Assembly: GCA_964610875.1 (NCBI GenBank)
Contig: CAZSWP010000007.1
Coordinates: 36,091-100,090 of the forward strand
DNA length: 64,000 bases
Direction: 5' to 3'
Origin: an uncultured archaeon
GTDB taxonomy: Archaea > Asgardarchaeota > Thorarchaeia > Thorarchaeales > Thorarchaeaceae
The notes beneath the pieces were generated by a model that saw nothing but the letters and a program-made list of their open reading frames with translations, did no database searches and was not told where the DNA came from. Positions 20,268-30,594 of the stretch are shown in pieces; position 1 is the first letter of the stretch, and each line of letters begins with the position of its first letter. The translations under genes and the position numbers were made by a program.

Positions 20268-21539
20268 TTACCAATCTGGAGGTGTATCCTCTGCGGGTTC
20301 CTCTTCTTCCTCAGTTTCAGTTTCTTCTTCTGGTTCCTCAATAACATCTTCTGTTTCTGGTTCCTCTGAAGTAGGTTCAGACTCAGTTGCAGGTTCAGGA
20401 GCTGGTTCTTCTACTTGCTCTTCTTCATCTAAATCTACTTCTTCAACAGGGACAACAGGCATTTCTTCCTCTTTCGTTTCTGGAATATCGTGAATCTTTC
20501 TGGATCCGTAGATGTATCTGATTTCCATTAGTAATGCTACTAACGGGAAGATAAGCAGCTTGATTGCATCCCCAAGGGGTGCAGCAGTTGCTGGATCAGT
20601 TCCAAGGTCTGCTAGGATTATTCCTTGAGCTGTGTCCACAAAGATGTAGGCAGAGGCTAGGAAGTAAGTTAGTGCTGCTGCAAGTTCTTTGGAAATCCTG
20701 AATCTTGTATCCATCTCAGCACGACTGGCAAGGCTGCTTCCTATTCCACTCATTGTGTATAAAATGAAGAATATCGAAATTGCGATGCTGACCAAGTCAA
20801 GATTGAGGTCAACCCCTTTCATTACGTTATAGATGAAATAGGCTGAATACGCCGATATGAAGAGTCCCAGTAATGACAAGTTATCTGCAGTTGGTTTGTT
20901 TCTCTCCCAAGTGATGATTAACCCATTTAGAAAGTTGAATCCTGTTGCTATGAGTAAGCCCAACAAGGCCCACCAAAATGGCGGAGTTAGGAATGCACTG
21001 AACATAATTGCTGATACAATGAATGCTCCAGCAAGAATGACGTAATTCAGAATGTTTAGGAATCCAAGCAATACCGTGAATATCTTGGACCTATGACCAA
21101 CATCAACAGCACTTGCATATGAGAGCGAACTTCTGGTAGAGAAGTATGCTTGAAATCCTACCCAACTAAGGAATCCTATGAGTAATACTGTCAAGACAAT
21201 TGGCCATGCAATTACCCAGAATATCACCGTTACAACTGCACTGATGATCATCCACACTATCGTATATTTTAATGAAGTTTTATACGATTCAGAACTTGCC
21301 ACATACTCCTGCTTTCCAATTAATGACATGAAAATCACTAATAAAAAGTAGATTGGGAATGGCATCCCAATAATAACAACCAATGACTGTAATCCAGGAA
21401 TATATGTTGTAGTCAGCCTCTCAAATACTGTGATGAGTGTTGTACCAAGCATGAATAGAAGTGTTATCCACTTCAGTCTCTTCGATGCAAGGAATAATTT
21501 CAGTCCATTAACAAACTTAGTTAGAATAGGAATCTCCAA
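20268..21539 (-). CDS. polytopic membrane protein with acidic E/P-rich C-terminal tail
   Basis: About 10 TM helices; low-complexity tail of about 70 aa; GGAGGT upstream. Confidence 0.8.
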   Translation of the reverse strand: MEIPILTKFVNGLKLFLASKRLKWITLLFMLGTTLITVFERLTTTYIPGLQSLVVIIGMPFPIYFLLVIFMSLIGKQEYVASSESYKTSLKYTIVWMIISAVVTVIFWVIAWPIVLTVLLIGFLSWVGFQAYFSTRSSLSYASAVDVGHRSKIFTVLLGFLNILNYVILAGAFIVSAIMFSAFLTPPFWWALLGLLIATGFNFLNGLIITWERNKPTADNLSLLGLFISAYSAYFIYNVMKGVDLNLDLVSIAISIFFILYTMSGIGSSLASRAEMDTRFRISKELAAALTYFLASAYIFVDTAQGIILADLGTDPATAAPLGDAIKLLIFPLVALLMEIRYIYGSRKIHDIPETKEEEMPVVPVEEVDLDEEEQVEEPAPEPATESEPTSEEPETEDVIEEPEEETETEEEEEPAEDTPPDW

Positions 21540-21583
21540 TCATTGTACCTCCTTAAGTGAACATCTGTTCAATAGTAGAAGTG

Positions 21584-22051
21584 CTATTTATTCTTAAGCA
21601 CGTATAGTATTTCCTCTTCTAAAGTTTCCTTTACAGTTGGTTTCTCAATCAATGTTGCAATCCTATTGCCTTCTTTATCAAAAAATTCAAACCACGGGAT
21701 TGCTTTTACTTTCCAATCATCCACCTCTGGTGGGGACGGTGGAATCGCCCATTGACGATTTGGATCTAATGGTGCTGTCTTAATACCACTAAACATCCTT
21801 ACTTCCAAACCAATCTTTTCCTCTAGATGGAGAAGGACAGGCACTGCATTTTTGCAGTCTTTACACCAAAGGGCACTCATTACGACCACAGTCAAATCTT
21901 TAGTAGTTTCTTTCAGTTCATCTAAGATATCGGTTTTCAGTTCGTAATTGTGATACTTCTCCATGAGTATTTCACGATTTTTTTCATCTACAGCATCAAT
22001 GTATTCCTTTACTGATTTTGTTCTTATTCGAATATCTTTGAGGTCCACCAT
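21584..22051 (-). CDS. thioredoxin-fold protein
   Basis: WCKDC active-site motif; AIP cis-Pro loop. Confidence 0.85.
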   Translation of the reverse strand: MVDLKDIRIRTKSVKEYIDAVDEKNREILMEKYHNYELKTDILDELKETTKDLTVVVMSALWCKDCKNAVPVLLHLEEKIGLEVRMFSGIKTAPLDPNRQWAIPPSPPEVDDWKVKAIPWFEFFDKEGNRIATLIEKPTVKETLEEEILYVLKNK

Positions 22052-22149
22052 AATTTCTGAGGACAGGATTGATTTAATAAAAATCTTCGTCTAGAGAAGC
22101 TCTATAAGAAAGATGTTCGAAGGTTACAACAAATGGATAGGTGATATAA

Positions 22150-22683
22150 TTGTCAACGGAGGTCTACAAGACCTTGGTTGTAGGACCAAGAAATGTGGGT
22201 AAATCTTCACTTGTAAGAAGATTTCTCAGCGATAAATTCTCAGGGTCATATACAGCTACCGTTGGAGTAGCAATGGGTGTTGGTAAATTCGAATTTCCCG
22301 AAGGCAGAGTCGTTTTGAGTCTGGTAGACTTAGGCGGACAGGAATCATTCAGGTCTCTTAGAAACAGATTCTATCAGGGAGCTCATCATGTAATTCTTGT
22401 CTTTGATGTTACAAGTCGTAAAACCTTCGATACCGTTCCAAAGTGGTTCCAGAGTTTAAATGATGGTATCTGGATATCCAACGAAGAGAAGAAGTCTGCA
22501 ACACTGGTCGCGAACAAAATAGATTTGACTAGTACAAGAAAAATCACAACTGATGAAGCCCTGCAGATGGCAAGTATCATGTCCGTGGATTATTTTGAAA
22601 CTAGTGCTAAAACTGGAGAGAATGTTCCAGAACTATTTCTTCATGCTGCAACTTCATGTAGGAAACAAGCAGGTCGATTGTAA
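22150..22683 (+). CDS. Rab/Ras-like small GTPase
   Basis: G1 GPRNVGKS, G2 YTATVG, G3 DLGGQ, G4 NKID, G5 ETSAK. Confidence 0.93.
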   Translation: MSTEVYKTLVVGPRNVGKSSLVRRFLSDKFSGSYTATVGVAMGVGKFEFPEGRVVLSLVDLGGQESFRSLRNRFYQGAHHVILVFDVTSRKTFDTVPKWFQSLNDGIWISNEEKKSATLVANKIDLTSTRKITTDEALQMASIMSVDYFETSAKTGENVPELFLHAATSCRKQAGRL

Positions 22684-22732
22684 AAAAATGGGACTCGACT
22701 AGAAGAAAATTAGGCACATCCAATATTTGCAG

Positions 22733-24112
22733 CTAGATAGTAGCTGCAGTGATTCTGCAATCCCTAATTCTTATTGTAGGAATGAATGTTGGAGTCGTTA
22801 CTTCCCACCAATAGACTTGTTTTCTATCATTTGCCATTGCATCAATATTAGCAAACATGCGCATCAGATTATCACTTATCCGGATGTTCTTAATTGGTTT
22901 CTTCTCTCCATTTTCAATCAGAAACATCGCATCCCTCGGAATTGTTGAAAAATCACCTGTGATATAATTCTGGAATCTTGTGTACCAGTTACTTGTCACA
23001 TAAATCGTTGGACGATTGGTTTCCATAATTTCATCAACATTATGGTCCCCATTATTGAATACAATATTAGTCGAGCATGGAAGAAGCATTTGCAAACCAG
23101 AACCGAGACTAAGATTTGTAGAACTTCCAGTTGTATTTGTTTCATATATTGTTGCAGAGGAAGTGTTGTGCAGAAAAGACCTTAGAACACCATTCTGAAT
23201 GATTTCTGTGACCCTAGTAGGTGTCCCCTCGAAATCGAATGGTCTATCTGCTAATCCATTTGGAATCCAAGGATTATCTGCAACATTTACGAAATCTGGT
23301 GCTATTTGTTCTCCTATCTTATCTCCAAGTGGTGATAAACCTATCATAATCCAGAATGGATTTGCACTATTTGGAATTCCACCAATTACGTTAGCTGCTA
23401 CTGTTGGAGTGAGGATAAGATCATAAGTGCCAGGCTCTCCCTGCTTTGCACCAATTGCTTGTCGTGAGAGTTTTCCTGCAATTCTTCCTGCCTCTACCAT
23501 TGTTGCTTCAGCTTCAGAAGGTTTGGTACCACAGTCTATGCCCTGACCAGAATAATCTAATTCGTCTTGGAAAGCTCGTACATTCAAATCGTATGATGTC
23601 TTTTTAAAATCGCCAGTAGGGCCAAGACTAGATTTGAAATATGTCCATTCCTTGGAAAATTTCATAGCTCCTGCAACACGCTTAGCTCCTTCTTGTACTG
23701 CCGCATCTATTGCTGTATTAATAATCCGAGGTGCCTTTTCTGTAAACCCATCTATTTTGGAGTCGTAATTGACACTCAGGTCACGGTATTCTGACTTCTC
23801 TTCTTCCACACCTGTATAGAACATAGACTCGGGAAGTTTCTTTGTGAAAGCAATCGTGTCATCAACAGCGGATTTCATCTCATCCATATTAGATACTGAT
23901 CTCTCACTGAAACCTGTCTTACTTCCCTCCATTACAACAAATAGAATCAATCTTAGTTGTTCCCATCTCTTGCTGATATCTATTGAACTCTGCGAGAATC
24001 TTATTTGACTACCAGAGGATAATATTCCCTTTGCGATTAATGAGTCACACTTCTCACTGCCATAGTCAAGAGCGCTATCTACGATCTCCTTAGTATGTTC
24101 AATAGGATACAT
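22733..24112 (-). CDS. TldE/PmbA family protein
   Basis: PFDFEG and GDFST motifs, no HExxxH; directly downstream of tldD. Confidence 0.87.
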   Translation of the reverse strand: MYPIEHTKEIVDSALDYGSEKCDSLIAKGILSSGSQIRFSQSSIDISKRWEQLRLILFVVMEGSKTGFSERSVSNMDEMKSAVDDTIAFTKKLPESMFYTGVEEEKSEYRDLSVNYDSKIDGFTEKAPRIINTAIDAAVQEGAKRVAGAMKFSKEWTYFKSSLGPTGDFKKTSYDLNVRAFQDELDYSGQGIDCGTKPSEAEATMVEAGRIAGKLSRQAIGAKQGEPGTYDLILTPTVAANVIGGIPNSANPFWIMIGLSPLGDKIGEQIAPDFVNVADNPWIPNGLADRPFDFEGTPTRVTEIIQNGVLRSFLHNTSSATIYETNTTGSSTNLSLGSGLQMLLPCSTNIVFNNGDHNVDEIMETNRPTIYVTSNWYTRFQNYITGDFSTIPRDAMFLIENGEKKPIKNIRISDNLMRMFANIDAMANDRKQVYWWEVTTPTFIPTIRIRDCRITAATI

Positions 24113-25548
24113 TAACCGACACCTCCGAGTCGAATTTCACGGAATCGGATTTCTCCACCTCCAGCATATACTGGAATTCCCTGTCCTGGATCGCTTTTGC
24201 CACATGTCCCTGGAAAATCAAAGCTAAAGTTCTTTGATACTGCATCCACGGATGATAGCAATCCTACACTTGTTGTTTCCATGACTGGTCTGCTCACCAT
24301 AGTATCAGTAAGTTCACCATGTGTGATGAGATATGCTTCACAGCCAGTATATTTTGATTGGTATCTTCGATCATCAATATTCCACTCTGTGAAACTTCTC
24401 ATATAGACACCAAGCTTTACATCCTCAATGAGTTCTTCAAATGAATGGTCGCCCGCTGCAAAGTATGTATTTGCCATTCTGATAATGGGCTCGCGATTGT
24501 ATGCAGTAGACCTAGCTGCTCCATTGGATTCCATTTCAAAACGAGCACCAAACTCTCTATTGAGTAAGGGTTCATGGATTATACCATTTTTTATGAGAAT
24601 CCGATTTCTGCTTTTCACACCTTCATCGTCGTATGCATAGAAACCTGCAGTATTATCAATAGATGGGTCATCACATACTGTTACTGCATCAGAACCGACT
24701 CTACTCTCTCCAATCTTTAGATCCCTCCAGAAACTCTCACCAGCTTGCGCTCCTTCTCTACCCATAATTCGATCCCCCTCAGAAGGATGACCTACATTCT
24801 CATGAGCAATGATGCCAGCAACTTCTGGACCTACAATCATGTCAATTGGTCTATCCATAAGATCTTGAACTTTCTCGGCTTCGTTTGCTGCACGTTTAAG
24901 CATTGCAACTTCATGCTCTAGTGTTTCGATTACCTTACCTTCCTTAATGCGCTCCCAACCACCAGCTTGAGTTTGGTCGAACATCTTCTGTTCAGAACCT
25001 TTAGCTCCTTTTGCAGTTAAAAGGGAGAAAATACTCAAGTATGATAAATTTCCATTGATTTCAGAGCCTTCACTATTCACGAAATATTTATTGATCTCAA
25101 TAGGATTAAACATGACCGTATATGACGCAAGACCTTCCATCACTGTATTCATTTCATCCACTGTTTCCATAATGGTATCAGTATCAATTTCGGAAAGTGG
25201 TTGCTTAATCGTAACACTCCAATTTGCTTCATTACTTACAGGCTTTCCAAAGTCTATTGGTTTCTTTCGCCTAGAGGCTTTTGCCATTCTATAAGCGGCA
25301 TCTATAGCTTCTTTCGCTAATTCTCTACTAAGACGATCAAATGAAGCAAAACCCAAATTACCGTCAGTAAGGATTCGAACACCAATTCCTTCGGAAGGTT
25401 CCTTCCCCCCTGAAATTGGTTGTCCATTTCGGTAAGCAAGTCCTCTTGCGTTTTCCTGCATATATCGCGCTTCAACATATGAACCACCAATTTTCTGTCC
25501 GTAGTCAATGCAAAAATTAGCAAGGTCTTTTCCACTGGTCAATTTCAT
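24112..25548 (-). CDS. tldD: TldD family metalloprotease
   Basis: HENVGHPSEGD, YDDEGV, RMANT, CGK. Confidence 0.9.
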   Translation of the reverse strand: MKLTSGKDLANFCIDYGQKIGGSYVEARYMQENARGLAYRNGQPISGGKEPSEGIGVRILTDGNLGFASFDRLSRELAKEAIDAAYRMAKASRRKKPIDFGKPVSNEANWSVTIKQPLSEIDTDTIMETVDEMNTVMEGLASYTVMFNPIEINKYFVNSEGSEINGNLSYLSIFSLLTAKGAKGSEQKMFDQTQAGGWERIKEGKVIETLEHEVAMLKRAANEAEKVQDLMDRPIDMIVGPEVAGIIAHENVGHPSEGDRIMGREGAQAGESFWRDLKIGESRVGSDAVTVCDDPSIDNTAGFYAYDDEGVKSRNRILIKNGIIHEPLLNREFGARFEMESNGAARSTAYNREPIIRMANTYFAAGDHSFEELIEDVKLGVYMRSFTEWNIDDRRYQSKYTGCEAYLITHGELTDTMVSRPVMETTSVGLLSSVDAVSKNFSFDFPGTCGKSDPGQGIPVYAGGGEIRFREIRLGGVG

Positions 25549-25672
25549 GCCTCAGATATTTTCAATTTCTACTATAACTTAAACACTCCGAATTATACTA
25601 ACATACCTTCATATGCAACCATTCTCAGTCACTTTCATTGAATTTAGCCTATATCGGAAAATTTGACCGGAG

Positions 25673-27010
25673 ATGGATTTTTTGAGTATTAAAGAACAGC
25701 ATATAAGGAAGAAATGGATTGCAGTGATACTCTTCCTCCTCGTAGATATAGCACAGATTTTTTTTGTATCAATCCTTACACTCGATGAGAGCTCTCCATA
25801 TGTCATAGGGATTGATCTTCTTCAGACCAATGCTCTAGTATCAGTTGGAGTTTTCTTCAGTATTCTTATTTTCCAAATCTTTCTAATATTCTTTACAATT
25901 ACTACAATGCTCAATCAGAAAGGTATGCAGCAAATCTATCCTGAGATGCGTAAAGACGAAGCTTGGCGATGCCAATATTCACGTGAGCAAATTGTTGAAT
26001 GGACTCTTGAATTAGCAAAGAAAAGCAATGCGCGAGTTGATAGAGTATACGTAATGAAAACACCACTTCCAAATGCATTCACTTTTAGCCTTCCACCTTT
26101 TGGTTCAATAGTGGTCTTGTTTACCAATCTTCTAGATCTCTTATCACCAGAAGAAGTGAAATCTATAATCACTCACGAAATAGGTCACATTAAAAACCAT
26201 GATTCATTTACGTCTATGATAAATCGCCTTCCCAGCTTTTTCATTGATGCTATCTATCTCTATATTTATGTCCGTGTTGGAGTAGCAGCGCTATCAGCAA
26301 TTCTAGTTTCATTTGATATCTTCTGGTTCCTAATTCGACTTGGTGTTCTAGCAGCCTTTTTTGCACTCTCAAGAATCTTCACATTTGTTTCAGCATTATT
26401 CGCCCAAAAGGCATCAAGAGAAGCTGAGATTTTAGCAGATTATCATGCGGCTAATGTTGTAGGAACAGAACCAACAATAAATGCACTATTGCGATTAGGT
26501 CAGAGAATCGAAGCTGTAACTGCCCTCATTGATGAGATAAGATGGCTTGAGTCATTGAACCCCGAACGAATGAATCCAATAAATAATGCCGAGCTTAATT
26601 ATATGATTCTCAACTATCCTCTTGATAGTATTGATGATGACAATGCTCGAGAAATGGCTCCATGGGTCTTTCTTTACACTCGACTTAAACATATGAGAGA
26701 TGTATATGGGATAGAGTTGTCGGACAAAGAAATCATCAGTATTATTGAACCTGCAGTGGACAAGCTAGCAGAGAAAAGAAATGAGAAAAATGATGAGTCT
26801 GAAGTGAAACGCACCCTCGACTGGAGATTAGTTGATATTGATGAGGACCGTCGTCTTTCCAGCGAAGAGATAAATGAACTAGTGACGTTGTTAAGAAAAA
26901 ATCCAAAGAAGCTTATGTTTGATTCTGAAATTGGGAAGAATATTTTGATGCTCGATCATCCTGATTTTAGACGACGTGTACTATTCTTGGCTGATGCTTT
27001 CGGATTATGA
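25673..27010 (+). CDS. M48 (HtpX-like) membrane zinc metalloprotease with C-terminal insertion
   Basis: PNAF, HEIGH, EILAD, HP..RR; TM helices. Confidence 0.88.
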   Translation: MDFLSIKEQHIRKKWIAVILFLLVDIAQIFFVSILTLDESSPYVIGIDLLQTNALVSVGVFFSILIFQIFLIFFTITTMLNQKGMQQIYPEMRKDEAWRCQYSREQIVEWTLELAKKSNARVDRVYVMKTPLPNAFTFSLPPFGSIVVLFTNLLDLLSPEEVKSIITHEIGHIKNHDSFTSMINRLPSFFIDAIYLYIYVRVGVAALSAILVSFDIFWFLIRLGVLAAFFALSRIFTFVSALFAQKASREAEILADYHAANVVGTEPTINALLRLGQRIEAVTALIDEIRWLESLNPERMNPINNAELNYMILNYPLDSIDDDNAREMAPWVFLYTRLKHMRDVYGIELSDKEIISIIEPAVDKLAEKRNEKNDESEVKRTLDWRLVDIDEDRRLSSEEINELVTLLRKNPKKLMFDSEIGKNILMLDHPDFRRRVLFLADAFGL

Positions 27011-28552
27011 AATTTCAATAATAGTGTCTGTTTCATTATCGTGATAGCATGATGTTTCTCCACCCATCACAGCAGTTCCGCCTTCTGCATAACACAGTCC
27101 TCGAAATGCTGAGATGAACATAGCAACTAGCACAAATGCACTGAATAACCAGATAGCTGATTGAACTGAAGTAGAATATGCTTGGACAAACGCGGGACCC
27201 GAACCAATATTTCCTGGATTGAATAATAGCATCAGGTATGTGAAAGTAGCAGTTACTGCAGCGATTCCTACAGAGAATCCTGTGGTTCGAGAGATATTTA
27301 TCAGTGCACTGACCACACCCATGTACTGTTTTGGTGCTGCGGTCATTATGAAATTCCCATTAGATACTGAGAAGAATGAGATTCCAAAACCCATTACAAC
27401 AATGCTTCCCAACATGAGAGGAATATTGGGAATTGATAATCCCAATAGGATAAGACCAATTGCTTCAATCAAGAGTCCAATCACTGTTTGTGTTCTTGCT
27501 CGTATCCTCTCAGATACATACCCTGCAAGTGGTCCAACAATGGATATTGTAACAGGATGTGCCATCAGGAATAATCCGGTAATGGATTGAGAGTAACCTA
27601 ACGCTTCTTGTAGATAGAACGGTATCAAAAAAGTCACAGGCACAATTCCAATGTATGCAAAGAATGCAGAGAATATACTAGCGGAGATTCTTCTATCCGC
27701 CATGACACCAGTTGGTATTATTGGTGATGAGAAACGCTTCTCTCTAAATATTAATGCGATAAATGAAAATACTGTGATTCCTACTAGTATGATGGTTTCA
27801 ATTAGGAATGCACTAGTAGCTATGGAAACATAATAGATTAACACTAGTAGGAAAACTAGAAATAAAAAAGCACCAATGTTATCGAATTTTGTTTCTTTGA
27901 TTTTGTTAGTTCTGGGTACGAGTTTTTCTACAATAAATAGCCCGATTACACCAACTGGAAGGTTCACAAGAAAGATACTAGGCCAACCATAAAACTCGCT
28001 AAGTATTCCCCCTAATACTGGCCCTAACCCCAAAGCCGCTGCAAGAACAATTGAATTCATTCCTATTGCTCTTCCTCGGTTTTCTGATGTTGTGAAATAG
28101 GTTACAAGAGCGAGACCTGTTGCAGTAAGCATACTTGCACCTATGGCTTGGAAAATACGTGAAGTGACAAGGATGATTAAATCCGCAGATATAGCGCAGA
28201 AGAAAGATCCCATAATAAAAAGTATCATTCCTAATTGGAATACTTTCTTCTTGCCATATTTATCACCTAATTTTCCCATTACAGGCATCATAGATGTTAT
28301 GACTAGTAAGTATGACAGCACAACCCATTGTATCTCGGTTATAGTGACTCCTAGGGATGTTGCCATTGTGAAGAGTGATACATTGACAATTGAAGAATCA
28401 AGAGCACTCAGAAATACACCAAAGCTTGTTGCAGCAACAATCGTGTATGGACCTGGAATCTGCTCTTGCTCCATTATGTTCATTCCTAATCCTTCGGTTA
28501 CAATTCGAATCCTTATCAGTCTATTAAGAATATAGGATGAGAGATAGTTCAC
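27005..28552 (-). CDS. MFS transporter, DHA2 (14-TM) family
   Basis: LDSSIVNV, GKLGDKYG, GPVLGG, NLPVG; true start probably about 23 codons downstream. Confidence 0.92.
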   Translation of the reverse strand: MNYLSSYILNRLIRIRIVTEGLGMNIMEQEQIPGPYTIVAATSFGVFLSALDSSIVNVSLFTMATSLGVTITEIQWVVLSYLLVITSMMPVMGKLGDKYGKKKVFQLGMILFIMGSFFCAISADLIILVTSRIFQAIGASMLTATGLALVTYFTTSENRGRAIGMNSIVLAAALGLGPVLGGILSEFYGWPSIFLVNLPVGVIGLFIVEKLVPRTNKIKETKFDNIGAFLFLVFLLVLIYYVSIATSAFLIETIILVGITVFSFIALIFREKRFSSPIIPTGVMADRRISASIFSAFFAYIGIVPVTFLIPFYLQEALGYSQSITGLFLMAHPVTISIVGPLAGYVSERIRARTQTVIGLLIEAIGLILLGLSIPNIPLMLGSIVVMGFGISFFSVSNGNFIMTAAPKQYMGVVSALINISRTTGFSVGIAAVTATFTYLMLLFNPGNIGSGPAFVQAYSTSVQSAIWLFSAFVLVAMFISAFRGLCYAEGGTAVMGGETSCYHDNETDTIIEIS

Positions 28553-30387
28553 TATTTTGAAACAGGGAGCGATATTCTAAAAACAGCACCTGATTCTTTA
28601 TCAGAATCAATGTATTCTATTGTGCCATTTAGAGCTTCAATGATTTGTTTTGAAAGATATAGGCCATGTCCACTACCATTAGATCTGGTGGATACTCCTC
28701 TTGCGAAGAGCATTGATTGAATCTCATCAGGTATCCCTGGACCATTGTCAGAGAATGTTACTTCGATTCTTCCATTGATTTTCTTAATCTCTATTCTCAC
28801 CTCACAATTCTCTCCAGCATGAGTTGCAGAGTTTCTTAGGAGATTATCCCAAATATTTGGTAGCAGTCTACTCGGAGTTACTTCTAATCTCTCAATATCT
28901 GAATTGGCAATGACTTTTACATCAAGTCCTGGTGAACTTGCCATTGCACGATTTGCACTATTTTCAAGAATCTTAAGAATTCGTGTTTCAGTGTGTTCAA
29001 CTGGGATATTGAATGCATTAAGCAAGCTGTTCATTCTTGCAGCGGCCGACAAACCAGCGTCAAGGAGTTCTTCTTTTGTTACCTCATTGATTAATCCGGT
29101 TTTCAGAACATCAAGATACCCAATTATGACTTGAATATCATTTATCAGATCATGTCTGATTATTGAAGAGTATAATTCGAGTTCTCTTCTGTAAAGCTGT
29201 TTTTCTTCTTCATAAGCACTCCTGTCGCTAATATCTCTCACAATAGAGAGGTAGATTGTCTGTTCATTCATCTCAAATGATGTGAGGGTGATTTCAATTG
29301 GTATTCGTTTGCCATCTTTGTGAATAGTGATTGTTTCAAAGAGTGACAGTTCTTTTGAATCTGCACTCTTGTAGAGTTCGTGTGGTGGCACTCTGCGTGA
29401 CTCTGGTGGTTCGAGATCTGTTGTTTTCATTCCTCGTAACTCTTCATATGAGTAACCGTAGATCTCTCTTGCTGCTAGGTTGGCAGCAATGATTCCCTCC
29501 TCCTCAGTTTCTAAGAAGATTGCATCACGTGCGTTCTCGAAGAGTAAACGGTATCTCATTTCACTCTCCATAAGTGCTTTTGCTGATTCATACTGCTTAG
29601 TATAATCCAGATGAATTCCTGTTCCCCGTTTTGGTTTGCCGTCCTTTGTCCACTCGACTACTTTACCAATATCCTGAACCCAAATCCATTCTCCAGATTT
29701 CTTTTTCATCCTGTGAATTGACTCGTAGACTGGTGTTTTTCCTCTTAGATGGGACGCCCATCTCTCATTAGCCACGACCAGATCGTCTGGATGTACAGTC
29801 TTTTTCCAAAATTCAGGAACGTCTTTTATTTCGTCGAGGTCATAACCTAACATGGTTGCCCAACGCTCATCATACTGCATGGTGTCTGCTAAAAGATTCC
29901 AATCCCATAGTCCGATTTCTGCTCCCTCTAAAGCTAATTCTAAGCGCTTTTCACTATCACTAAGCGCTTTCTCTCGATTATAATCATCTGTGATGTTTGA
30001 AGCAAATGCAAGTGAGCCAATTATCTCTCCTTTATCATTTAATCTTGGAGTTGCACTGACTCGAACAACTAGTGTATTCCTATCCTTGTCAATCATTCGG
30101 GTGATATATGTTGATTTACTACCACTAGCTCTTTCCTTTAGTTCATCACGGACTTTTTCAGTTCCATCATGAGTCAGGAAATCGTAAACGGGTCTTCCAG
30201 TGAGTTCTTTTGGAGAATATCCAGTATATCTGGCAAATGCCTTATTACAAAATGTAATGACTCCTTTCAAATCAACACTTACGATACCATACGGTAAGGA
30301 TTGTATCTCCTCGTGAAAATCACCAAAGTGAGGGCTTTCTACTTCACCTTGATTTTTGGTTTCTCTATCGTCGATGTTCTTTGTCAA
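28552..30387 (-). CDS. PAS-domain histidine kinase (about 3 PAS)
   Basis: PAS/PAC repeats; IRHDLIN, NLLRNS, DNGPGI, GHGL. Confidence 0.92.
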   Translation of the reverse strand: MTKNIDDRETKNQGEVESPHFGDFHEEIQSLPYGIVSVDLKGVITFCNKAFARYTGYSPKELTGRPVYDFLTHDGTEKVRDELKERASGSKSTYITRMIDKDRNTLVVRVSATPRLNDKGEIIGSLAFASNITDDYNREKALSDSEKRLELALEGAEIGLWDWNLLADTMQYDERWATMLGYDLDEIKDVPEFWKKTVHPDDLVVANERWASHLRGKTPVYESIHRMKKKSGEWIWVQDIGKVVEWTKDGKPKRGTGIHLDYTKQYESAKALMESEMRYRLLFENARDAIFLETEEEGIIAANLAAREIYGYSYEELRGMKTTDLEPPESRRVPPHELYKSADSKELSLFETITIHKDGKRIPIEITLTSFEMNEQTIYLSIVRDISDRSAYEEEKQLYRRELELYSSIIRHDLINDIQVIIGYLDVLKTGLINEVTKEELLDAGLSAAARMNSLLNAFNIPVEHTETRILKILENSANRAMASSPGLDVKVIANSDIERLEVTPSRLLPNIWDNLLRNSATHAGENCEVRIEIKKINGRIEVTFSDNGPGIPDEIQSMLFARGVSTRSNGSGHGLYLSKQIIEALNGTIEYIDSDKESGAVFRISLPVSK

Positions 30388-30594
30388 GTCACTCGCATCC
30401 CTATGTAAGGTGGTGGACGATATGGAATAGCTTATCCAAGAATTCCCTGTTCTAGCTGATTCTGATTCAAACTGTCATCCTTTTTTGGTTTTTTCATTGA
30501 GTCTATATAGTACTTTGTTATACATAAAACTCGTTGGTTCTAATTGAAAATTGAGCATTCGCATATTAGAAAGAGAGATAGCTGAATAATTTCA

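Noticed and set aside
20268-20480. Repetitive TTC/GGTTC-rich tract as a repeat array
   Set aside because: It is the coding sequence of the Glu/Pro-rich protein tail
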